Shown piece after piece: positions 33,701 through 45,700 of a DNA stretch of 64,000 nt. Below the pieces are notes generated by a model that did no database searches, was not told the origin of the DNA, and was given only the letters and a program-made list of their open reading frames with translations. Made by a program: the position numbers and the translations under genes. The DNA comes from Balanoglossus misakiensis (lineage: Eukaryota; Animalia; Hemichordata), in assembly GCA_040954595.2 (NCBI GenBank), contig CM082585.2:3440902-3504901 (forward strand), in the 5' to 3' direction. How positions within the stretch are numbered: position 1 is the first letter of the stretch; each line of letters begins with the position of its first letter.

Positions 33701-36700
33701 CTCGCACAAATCCCCGCCGAGTTAGAAAGGGAACTCGCGGTGTCGTTCATTAAGCAGGCGTGGTATATAACGCATAGGGATAGGAGAAGGGCGGGCGGAA
33801 AGCGGTCGTGTGTCTGAGCTTCTCCGGCGAGACCTCGCACAAATCCCCGGCGAGTTAGAAAGGGAACTCGCAGTGTCGTTCATTAAGCAGGCGTGGTATA
33901 TAACGCATAGGGATAGGAGAAGGGCGGGCGGAAAGCGGTCGTGTGTCTGAGCTTCCCCGGCGAGACCTCGCACACATCCCCGACGAGTTAGAAAGGGAAC
34001 TCGCTGTGTCGTTCATTAAGCAGGCGTGGTATATAACGCATAGGGATAGGAGAAGGGCGGGCGGAAAGCGGTCGTGTGTCTGAGCTTCTCCGGCGAGACC
34101 TCGCACAAATCCCCGACAAGTTAGAAAGGGAACTCGTGGTGTCGTTCATTAAACAGGCGTGGTATATAACGCTTAGGGATAGGAGAAGGGCGGGCGGAAA
34201 GCGGTCGTGTGTCTGAGCTTCTCCGGCGAGACCTCGCACAAATCCCCGACGAGTTAGAAAGGGAACTCGTGGTGTCGTTCATTAAACAGGCGTGGTATAT
34301 AACGCATAGGGATAGGAGAAGGGCGGGCGGAAAGCGGTCGTGTGTCTGAGCTTCTCCGGCGAGACCTCGCACAAATCCCCGACGAGTTAGAAAGGGAACT
34401 CGTGGTGTCGTTCATTAAACAGGCGTGGTATATAACGCATAGGGATAGGAGAAGGGCGGGCGGAAAGCGGTCGTGTGTCTGAGCTTCTCCGGCGAGACCT
34501 CGCACAAATCCCCGACGAGTTAGAAAGGGAACTCGTGGTGTCGTTCATTAAACAGGCGTGGTATATAACGCATAGGGATAGGAGAAGGGCGGGCGGAAAG
34601 CGGTCGTGTGTCTGAGCTTCTCCGGCGAGACCTCGCACAAATCCCCGACGAGTTAGAAAGGGAACTCGTGGTGTCGTTCATTAAACAGGCGTGGTATATA
34701 ACGCATAGGGATAGGAGAAGGGCGGGCGGAAAGCGGTCGTGTGTCTGAGCTTCTCCGGCGAGACCTCGCACAAATCCCCGACGAGTTAGAAAGGGAACTC
34801 GTGGTGTCGTTCATTAAACAGGCGTGGTATATAACGCATAGGGATAGGAGAAGGGCGGGCGGAAAGCAGTCGTGTGTCTGAGCTTCTCCGGCGAGACCTC
34901 GCACAATTCCCCGACGAGATAGAAAGGGAACTCGCGGTGTCGTTCATTAAGCAGGCGTGGTATATAACGCATAGGGATAGGAGAAGGGCGGGCGGAAAGC
35001 CGTCGTGTGTCTGAGCTTCTCCGGCGAGACCTCGCACAAATCCCCGCCGAGTTAGAAAGGGAACTCGCGGTGTCGTTCATTAAGCAGGCGTGGTATATAA
35101 CGCATAGGGATAGGAGAAGGGCGGGCGGAAAGCGGTCGTGTGTCTGAGCTTCTCCGGCGAGACCTCGCACAAATCCCCGGCGAGTTAGAAAGGGAACTCG
35201 CAGTGTCGTTCATTAAGCAGGCGTGGTATATAACGCATAGGGATAGGAGAAGGGCGGGCGGAAAGCGGTCGTGTGTCTGAGCTTCTCCGGCGAGACCTCG
35301 CACAAATCCCCGACGAGTTAGAAAGGGAACTCGTGGTGTCGTTCATTAAACAGGCGTGGTATATAACGCATAGGGATAGGAGAAGGGCGGGCGGAAAGCG
35401 GTCGTGTGTCTGAGCTTCTCCGGCGAGACCTCGCACAAATCCCCGACGAGTTAGAAAGGGAACTCGTGGTGTCGTTCATTAAACAGGCGTGGTATATAAC
35501 GCATAGGGATAGGAGAAGGGCGGGCGGAAAGCGGTCGTGTGTCTGAGCTTCTCCGGCGAGACCTCGCACAAATCCCCGACGAGTTAGAAAGGGAACTCGT
35601 GGTGTCGTTCATTAAACAGGCGTGGTATATAACGCATAGGGATAGGAGAAGGGCGGGCGGAAAGCGGTCGTGTGTCTGAGCTTCTCCGGCGAGACCTCGC
35701 ACAATTCCCCGACGAGATAGAAAGGGAACTCGCGGTGTCGTTCATTAAGCAGGCGTGGTATATAACGCATAGGGATAGGAGAAGGGCGGGCGGAAAGCCG
35801 TCGTGTGTCTGAGCTTCTCCGGCGAGACCTCGCACAAATCCCCGCCGAGTTAGAAAGGGAACTCGCGGTGTCGTTCATTAAGCAGGCGTGGTATATAACG
35901 CATAGGGATAGGAGAAGGGCGGGCGGAAAGCGGTCGTGTGTCTGAGCTTCTCCGGCGAGACCTCGCACAAATCCCCGGCGAGTTAGAAAGGGAACTCGCA
36001 GTGTCGTTCATTAAGCAGGCGTGGTATATAACGCATAGGGATAGGAGAAGGGCGGGCGGAAAGCGGTCGTGTGTCTGAGCTTCTTCGGCGAGACCTCGCA
36101 CAATTCCCCGCCGAGTTAGAAAGGGAACTCGCGGTGTCGTTCATTAAGCAGGCGTGGTATATAACGCATAGGGATAGGAGAAGGGCGGGCGGAAAGCGGT
36201 CGTGTGTCTGAGCTTCTTCGGCGAGACCTCGCACAATTCCCCGACGAGATAGAAAGGGAACTCGCGGTGTCGTTCATTAAGCAGGCGTGGTATATAACGC
36301 ATAGGGATAGGAGAAGGGCGGGCGGAAAGCCGTCGTGTGTCTGAGCTTCTCCGGCGAGACCTCGCACAAATCCCCGCCGAGTTAGAAAGGGAACTCGCGG
36401 TGTCGTTCATTAAGCAGGCGTGGTATATAACGCATAGGGATAGGAGAAGGGCGGGCGGAAAGCGGTCGTGTGTCTGAGCTTCTCCGGCGAGACCTCGCAC
36501 AAAACCCCGGCGAGTTAGAAAGGGAACTCGCAGTGTCGTTCATTAAACAGGCGTGGTATATAACGCATAGGGATAGGAGAAGGGCGGGCGGAAAGCGGTC
36601 GTGTGTCTGAGCTTCTCCGGCGAGACCTCGCACAAATCCCCGACGAGTTAGAAAGGGAACTCGTGGTGTCGTTCATTAAACAGGCGTGGTATATAACGCA

Positions 36701-39700
36701 TAGGGATAGGAGAAGGGCGGGCGGAAAGCGGTCGTGTGTCTGAGCTTCTCCGGCGAGACCTCGCACAAATCCCCGACGAGTTAGAAAGGGAACTCGTGGT
36801 GTCGTTCATTAAACAGGCGTGGTATATAACGCATAGGGATAGGAGAAGGGCGGGCGGAAAGCGGTCGTGTGTCTGAGCTTCTCCGGCGAGACCTCGCACA
36901 AATCCCCGACGAGTTAGAAAGGGAACTCGTGGTGTCGTTCATTAAACAGGCGTGGTATATAACGCATAGGGATAGGAGAAGGGCGGGCGGAAAGCGGTCG
37001 TGTGTCTGAGCTTCTCCGGCGAGACCTCGCACAAATCCCCGACGAATTAGAAAGGGAACTCGTGGTGTCGTTCATTAAACAGGCGTGGTATATAACGCAT
37101 AGGGATAGGAGAAGGGCGGGCGGAAAGCGGTCGTGTGTCTGAGCTTCTCCGGCGAGACCTCGCACAATTCCCCGACGAGATAGAAAGGGAACTCGCGGTG
37201 TCGTTCATTAAGCAGGCGTGGTATATAACGCATAGGGATAGGAGAAGGGCGGGCGGAAAGTCGTCGTGTGTCTGACCTTCTCCGGCGAGACCTCGCACAA
37301 ATCCCCGCCGAGTTAGAAAGGGAACTCGCGGTGTCGTTCATTAAGCAGGCGTGGTATATAACGCATAGGGATAGGAGAAGGGCGGGCGGAAAGCGGTCGT
37401 GTGTCTGAGCTTCTCCGGCGAGACCTCGCACAAATCCCCGGCGAGTTAGAAAGGGAACTCGCAGTGTCGTTCATTAAGCAGGCGTGGTATATAACGCATA
37501 GGGATAGGAGAAGGGCGGGCGGAAAGCGGTCGTGTGTCTGAGCTTCTCCGGCGAGACCTCGCACAATTCCCCGACGAGATAGAAAGGGAACTCGCGGTTT
37601 CGTTCATTAAGCAGGCGTGGTATATAACGCATAGGTATAGGAGAAGGGCGGGCGGAAAGCCGTCGTGTGTCTGAGCTTCTCCGGCGAGACCTCGCACAAA
37701 TCCCCGCCGAGTTAGAAAGGGAACTCGCGGTGTCGTTCATTAAGCAGGCGTGGTATATAACGCATAGGGATAGGAGAAGGGCGGGCGGAAAGCGGTCGTG
37801 TGTCTGAGCTTCTCCGGCGAGACCTCGCACAAATCCCCGGCGAGTTAGAAAGGGAACTCGCAGTGTCGTTCATTAAGCAGGCGTGGTATATAACGCATAG
37901 GGATAGGAGAAGGGCGGGCGGAAAGCGGTCGTGTGTCTGAGCTTCTCCGGCGAGACCTCGCACAAATCCCCGACGAGTTAGAAAGGGAACTCGTGGTGTC
38001 GTTCATTAAACAGGCGTGGTATATAACGCATAGGGATAGGAGAAGGGCGGGCGGAAAGCGGTCGTGTGTCTGAGCTTCTCCGGCGAGACCTCGCACAAAT
38101 CCCCGACGAGTTAGAAAGGGAACTCGTGGTGTCGTTCATTAAACAGGCGTGGTATATAACGCATAGGGATAGGAGAAGGGCGGGCGGAAAGCGGTCGTGT
38201 GTCTGAGCTTCTCCGGCGAGACCTCGCACAAATCCCCGACGAGTTAGAAAGGGAACTCGTGGTGTCGTTCATTAAACAGGCGTGGTATATAACGCATAGG
38301 GATAGGAGAAGGGCGGGCGGAAAGCGGTCGTGTGTCTGAGCTACATGTACCCCGGCGAGACCTCGCACAAATCACGCCGAGTTAATAGAAAGGGAACTCG
38401 TGGTGTCGTTCATTAAACAGGCGTGGAATATAACGCATAGGGATAGGAGAAGGGCGGGCGGAAAGCCGTCGTGTGTCTGAGCTTCTCCGGCGAGACCTCG
38501 CACAAATCCCCGCCGAGTTAGAAAGGGAACTCGCGGTGTCGTTCATTAAGCAGGCGTGGTATATAACGCATAGGGATAGGAGAAGGGCGGGCGGAAAGCG
38601 GTCGTGTGTCTGAGCTTCTCCGGCGAGACCTCGCACAAATCCCCGGCGAGTTAGAAAGGGAACTCGCAGTGTCGTTCATTAAGCAGGCGTGGTATATAAC
38701 GCATAGGGATAGGAGAAGGGCGGGCGGAAAGCGGTCGTGTGTCTGAGCTTCTCCGGCGAGACCTCGCACAAATCCCCGACGAGTTAGAAAGGGAACTCGT
38801 GGTGTCGTTCATTAAACAGGCGTGGTATATAACGCATAGGGATAGGAGAAGGGCGGGCGGAAAGCGGTCGTGTGTCTGAGCTTCTCCGGCGAGACCTCGC
38901 ACAAATCCCCGACGAGTTAGAAAGGGAACTCGTGGTGTCGTTCATTAAACAGGCGTGGTATATAACGCATAGGGATAGGAGAAGGGCGGGCGGAAAGCGG
39001 TCGTGTGTCTGAGCTTCTCCGGCGAGACCTCGCACAAATCCCCGACGAGTTAGAAAGGGAACTCGTGGTGTCGTTCATTAAACAGGCGTGGTATATAACG
39101 CATAGGGATAGGAGAAGGGCGGGCGGAAAGCGGTCGTGTGTCTGAGCTACCCCGGCGAGACCTCGCACAAATCACGCCGAGTTAATAGAAAGGGAACTCG
39201 TGGTGTCGTTCATTAAACAGGCGTGGAATATAACGCATAGGGATAGGAGAAGGGCGGGCGGAGAGCGGTCGTGTGTCTGAGCTTCTCCGGCGAGACCTCG
39301 CACAAATCCCCGCCGAGTTAGAAAGGGAACTCGCGGTGTCGTTCATTAAGCAGGCGTGGTATATAACGCATAGGGATAGGAGAAGGGCGGGCGGAAAGCG
39401 GTCGTGTGTCTGAGCTACCCCGGCGAGACCTCGCACAAATCCCCGCCGAGTTAGAAAGGGAACTCGCGGTGTCGTTCATCAAGCAGGCGTGGTATATAAC
39501 GCATAGGGATAGGAGAAGGGCGGGCGGAAAGCGGTCGTGTGTCTGAGCTTCTCCGGCGAGACCTCGCACAAATCACCGACGAGTTAGAAAGGGAACTCGT
39601 GGCGTCGTTCATTAAACAGGCGTGGTATATAACGCATAGGGATAGGAGAAGGGCGGGCGGAAAGCGGTCGTGTGTCTGAGCTTCCCCGGCGAGACCTCGC

Positions 39701-42700
39701 ACACATCCCCGACGAGTTAGAAAGGGAACTCGCTGTGTCGTTCATTAAGCAGGCGTGGTATATAACGCATAGGGATAGGAGAAGGGCGGGCGGAAAGCGG
39801 TCGTGTGTCTGAGCTTCTCCGGCGAGACCTCGCACAAATCCCCGACAAGTTAGAAAGGGAACTCGTGGTGTCGTTCATTAAACAGGCGTGGTATATAACG
39901 CTTAGGGATAGGAGAAGGGCGGGCGGAAAGCGGTCGTGTGTCTGAGCTTCTCCGGCGAGACCTCGCACAAATCCCCGACGAGTTAGAAAGGGAACTCGTG
40001 GTGTCGTTCATTAAACAGGCGTGGTATATAACGCATAGGGATAGGAGAAGGGCGGGCGGAAAGCGGTCGTGTGTCTGAGCTTCTCCGGCGAGACCTCGCA
40101 CAAATCCCCGACGAGTTAGAAAGGGAACTCGTGGTGTCGTTCATTAAACAGGCGTGGTATATAACGCATAGGGATAGGAGAAGGGCGGGCGGAAAGCGGT
40201 CGTGTGTCTTTGCTACCCCGGCGAGACCTCGCACAAATCACGCCGAGTTAGAAAGGGAACTCGTGGTGTCGTCGATTAAACAGGCGTGGAATATAACGCA
40301 TAGGGATAGGAGAAGGGCGGGCGGAAAGCGGTCGTGTGTCTGAGCTTCTCCGGCGAGACCTCGCACAAATCCCCGCCGAGTTAGAAAGGGAACTCGCGGT
40401 GTCGTTCATTAAGCAGGCGTGGTATATAACGCATAGGGATAGGAGAAGGGCGGGCGGAAAGCGGTCGTGTGTCTGAGCTACCCCGGCGAGACCTCGCACA
40501 AATCCCCGCCGAGTTAGAAAGGGAACTCGCGGTGTCGTTCATCAAGCAGGCGTGGTATATAACGCATAGGGATAGGAGAAGGGCGGGCGGAAAGCGGTCG
40601 TGTGTCTGAGCTTCTCCGGCGAGACCTCGCACAAATCACCGACGAGTTAGAAAGGGAACTCGTGGTGTCGTTCATTAAACAGGCGTGGTATATAACGCAT
40701 AGGGATAGGAGAAGGGCGGGCGGAAAGCGGTCGTGTGTCTGAGCTTCTCCGGCGAGACCTCGCACAAATCCCCGACGAGTTAGAAAGGGAACTCGCTGTG
40801 TCGTTCATTAAGCAGGCGTGGTATATAACGCATAGGGATAGGAGAATGGCGGAAAGCGGTCGTGTGTCTGAGCTTCCCCGGCGAGACCTCGCACAAATCC
40901 CCGGCGAGTTAGAAAGGGAACTCGCAGTGTCGTTCATTAAGCAGGCGTGGTATATAACGCATAGGGATAGGAGAAGGGCGGGCGGAAAGCGGTCGTGTGT
41001 CTGAGCTTCTCCGGCGAGACCTCGCACAAATCCCCGCCGAGTTAGAAAGGGAACTCGAAGTGTCGTTCATTAAACAGGCGTGGTATATAACGCATAGGGA
41101 TAGGAGAAGGGCAGGCGGAAAGCGGTCGTGTGTCTGAGCTACCCCGGCGAGACCTCGCACAAATCCCCGACGAGTTAGAAAGGGAACTCGCAGTGTCGTT
41201 CATTAAGCAGGCGTGGTATATAACGCATAGGGATAGGAGAAGGGCGGGCGGAAAGCGGCCGTATATCTGAGCTTCTCCGGCGAGACCTCGCACAAATCCC
41301 CGGCGAGTTAGAAAGGGAACTCGCAGTGTCGTTCATTAAGCAGGCGTGGTATATAACGCATAGGGATAGGAGAAGGGCGGGCGGAAAGCGGTCGTGTGTC
41401 TGAGCTTCTCCGGCGAGACCTCGCACAAATCCCCGCCGAGTTAGAAAGGGAACTCGAAGTGTCGTTCATTAAACAGGCGTGGTATATAACGCATAGGGAT
41501 AGGAGAAGGGCAGGCGGAAAGCGGTCGTGTGTCTGAGCTACCCCGGCGAGACCTCGCACAAATCCCCGACGAGTTAGAAAGGGAACTCGCAGTGTCGTTC
41601 ATTAAGCAGGCGTGGTATATAACGCATAGGGATAGGAGAAGGGCGGGCGGAAAGCGGCCGTATATCTGAGCTTCTCCGGCGAGACCTCGCACAAATCCCC
41701 GCCGAGTTAGAAAGGGAACTCGCTGTGTCGTTCATATAACGTATAGGGATAGGAGAACGGCGGGCGGAAAGCGGTCGTGTGTTTGAGTTTCTCCGGCGAG
41801 ACCTCGCACAAATCCCCGACGAGTTAGAAAGGGAACTCGTGGTGTCGTTCATTAAACAGGCGTGGTATATAACGCATAGGGATAGGAGAAGGGCGGGCGG
41901 AAAGCGGTCGTGTGTCTGAGCTTCTCCGGCGAGACCTCGCACAAATCCCCGGCGAGTTAGAAAGGGAACTCGCAGTGTCGTTCATTAAGCATGCGTGGTA
42001 TATAACGCATAGGGATAGGAGAAGGGCGGGCGGAAAGCGGTCGTGTGTCTGAGCTTCTCCGGCGAGACCTCGCACAAATCCCCGACGAGTTAGAAAGGGA
42101 ACTCGTGGTGTCGTTCATTAAACAGGCGTGGTATATAACGCATAGGAATAGGAGAAAGGCGGGCGGAAAGCGGTCGTGTGTCTGAGCTTCTCCGGCGAGA
42201 CCTCGCACAAATCCCCGACGAGTTAGAAAGGGAACTCGTGGTGTCGTTCATTAAACAGGCGTGGTATATAACGCATAGGGATAGGAGAAGGGCGGGCGGA
42301 AAGCCGTCGTGTGTCTGAGCTTCTCCGGCGAGACCTCGCACAAATCCCCGCCGAGTTAGAAAGGGAACTCGCGGTGTCGTGCATTAAGCAGGCGTGGTAT
42401 ATAACGCATAGGGATAGGAGAAGGGCGGGCGGAAAGCGGTCGTGTGTCTGAGCTTCTCCGGCGAGACCTCGCACAAATCCCCGGCGAGTTAGAAAGGGAA
42501 CTCGTAGTGTCGTTCATTAAGCAGGCGTGGTATATAACGCATAGGGATAGGAGAAGGGCGGGGGGAAAGCGATCGTGTGTCTGAGCTTCTCCGGCGAGAC
42601 CTCGCACAAATCCCCGACGAGTTAGAAAGGGAACTCGTGGTGTCGTTCATTAAACAGGCGTGGTATATAACGCATAGGGATAGGAGAAGGGCGGGCGGAA

Positions 42701-45700
42701 AGCGGTCGTGTGTCTGAGCTTCTCCGGCGAGACCTCGCACAATTCCCCGACGAGATAGAAAGGGAACTCGCGGTGTCGTTCATTAAGCAGGCGTGGTATA
42801 TAACGCATAGGGATAGGAGAAGGGCGGGCGGAAAGCCGTCGTGTGTCTGAGCTTCTCCGGCGAGACCTCGCACAAATCCCCGCCGAGTTAGAAAGGGAAC
42901 TCGCGGTGTCGTTCATTAAGCAGGCGTGGTATATAACGCATAGGGATAGGAGAAGGGCGGGCGGAAAGCGGTCGTGTGTCTGAGCTTCTCCGGCGAGACC
43001 TCGCACAAATCCCCGGCGAGTTAGAAAGGGAACTCGCAGTGTCGTTCATTAAGCAGGCGTGGTATATAACGCATAGGGATAGGAGAAGGGCGGGCGGAAA
43101 GCGGTCGTGTGTCTGAGCTTCTCCGGCGAGACCTCGCACAATTCCCCGACGAGATAGAAAGGGAACTCGCGGTGTCGTTCATTAAGCAGGCGTGGTATAT
43201 AACGCATAGGGATAGGAGAAGGGCGGGCGGAAAGCCGTCGTGTGTCTGAGCTTCTCCGGCGAGACCTCGCACAAATCCCCGCCGAGTTAGAAAGGGAACT
43301 CGCGGTGTCGTTCATTAAGCAGGCGTGGTATATAACGCATAGGGATAGGAGAAGGGCGGGCGGAAAGCGGTCGTGTGTCTGAGCTTCTCCGGCGAGACCT
43401 CGCACAAATCCCCGGCGAGTTAGAAAGGGAACTCGCAGTGTCGTTCATTAAGCAGGCGTGGTATATAACGCATAGGGATAGGAGAAGGGCGGGCGGAAAG
43501 CGGTCGTGTGTCTGAGCTTCTCCGGCGAGACCTCGCACAAATCCCCGACGAGTTAGAAAGGGAACTCGTGGTGTCGTTCATTAAACAGGCGTGGTATATA
43601 ACGCATAGGGATAGGAGAAGGGCGGGCGGAAAGCGGTCGTGTGTTTGAGCTTCTCCGGCGAGACCTCGCACAAATCCCCGACGAGTTAGAAAGGGAACTC
43701 GTGGTGTCGTTCATTAAACAGGCGTGGTATATAACGCATAGGGATAGGAGAAGGGCGGGCGGAAAGCGGTCGTGTGTCTGAGCTTCTCCGGCGAGACCTC
43801 GCACAAATCCCCGGCGAGTTAGAAAGGGAACTCGCAGTGTCGTTCATTAAGCAGGCGTGGTATATAACGCATAGGGATAGGAGAAGGGCGGGCGGAAAGC
43901 GGTCGTGTGTCTGAGCTTCTCCGGCGAGACCTCGCACAAATCCCCGCCGAGTTAGAAAGGGAACTCGAGGTGTCGTTCATTAAACAGGCGTGGTATATAA
44001 CGCATAGGGATAGGAGAAGGGCGGGCGGAAAGCGGTCGTGTGTCTGAGCTACCCCGGCGAGACCTCGCACAAATCCCCGACGAGTTAGAAAGGGAACTCG
44101 CAGTGTCGTTCATTAAGCAGGCGTGGTATATAACGCATAGGGATAGGAGAAGGGCGGGCGGAAAGCGGCCGTATATCTGAGCTTCTCCGGCGAGACCTCG
44201 CACAATTCCCCGACGACATAGAAAGGGAACTCGCGGTGTCGTTCATTAAGCAGGCGTGGTATATAACGCATAGGGATAGGAGAAGGGCGGGCGGAAAGCG
44301 GTCGTGTGTCTGAGCTTCTCCGGCGAGACCTCGCACAATTCCCCGACGAGATAGAAAGGGAACTCGCGGTGTCGTTCATTAAGCAGGCGTGGTATATAAC
44401 GCATAGGGATAGGAGAAGGGCGGGCGGAAAGCGGTCGTGTGTCTGAGCTTCTCCGGCGAGACCTCGCACAAATCCCCGGCGAGTTAGAAAGGGAACTCGC
44501 AGTGTCGTTCATTAAGCAGGCGTGGTATATAACGCATAGGGATAGGAGAAGGGCGGGCGGAAAGCGGTCGTGTGTCTGAGCTTCTCCGGCGAGACCTCGC
44601 ACAAATCCCCGACGAGTTAGAAAGGGAACTCGTGGTGTCGTTCATTAAACAGGCGTGGTATATAACGCATAGGGATAGGAGAAAGGCGGGCGGAAAGCGG
44701 TCGTGTGTCTGAGCTTCTCCGGCGAGACCTCGCACAAATCCCCGACGAGTTAGAAAGGGAACTCGTGGTGTCGTTCATTAAACAGGCGTGGTATATAACG
44801 CATAGGGATAGGAGAAGGGCGGGCGGAAAGCCGTCGTGTGTCTGAGCTTCTCCGGCGAGACCTCGCACAAATCCCCGGCGAGTTAGAAAGGGAACTCGCA
44901 GTGTCGTTCATTAAGCAGGCGTGGTATATAACGCATAGGGATAGGAGAAGGGCGGGCGGAAAGCGGTCGTGTGTCTGAGCTTCTCCGGCGAGACCTCGCA
45001 CAAATCCCCGCCGAGTTAGAAAGGGAACTCGAAGTGTCGTTCATTAAACAGGCGTGGTATATAACGCATAGGGATAGGAGAAGGGCAGGCGGAAAGCGGT
45101 CGTGTGTCTGAGCTACCCCGGCGAGACCTCGCACAAATCCCCGACGAGTTAGAAAGGGAACTCGCAGTGTCGTTCATTAAGCAGGCGTGGTATATAACGC
45201 ATAGGGATAGGAGAAGGGCGGGCGGAAAGCGGCCGTATATCTGAGCTTCTCCGGCGAGACCTCGCACAAATCCCCGCCGAGTTAGAAAGGGAACTCGCTG
45301 TGTCGTTCATATAACGTATAGGGATAGGAGAACGGCGGGCGGAAAGCGGTCGTGTGTTTGAGCTTCTCCGGCGAGACCTCGCACAAATCCCCGACGAGTT
45401 AGAAAGGGAACTCGTGGTGTCGTTCATTAAACAGGCGTGGTATATAACGCATAGGGATAGGAGAAGGGCGGGCGGAAAGCGGTCGTGTGTCTGAGCTTCT
45501 CCGGCGAGACCTCGCACAAATCCCCGGCGAGTTAGAAAGGGAACTCGCAGTGTCGTTCATTAAGCAGGCGTGGTATATAACGCATAGGGATAGGAGAAGG
45601 GCGGGCGGAAAGCGGTCGTGTGTCTGAGCTTCTCCGGCGAGACCTCGCACAAATCCCCGACGAGTTAGAAAGGGAACTCGTGGTGTCGTTCATTAAACAG

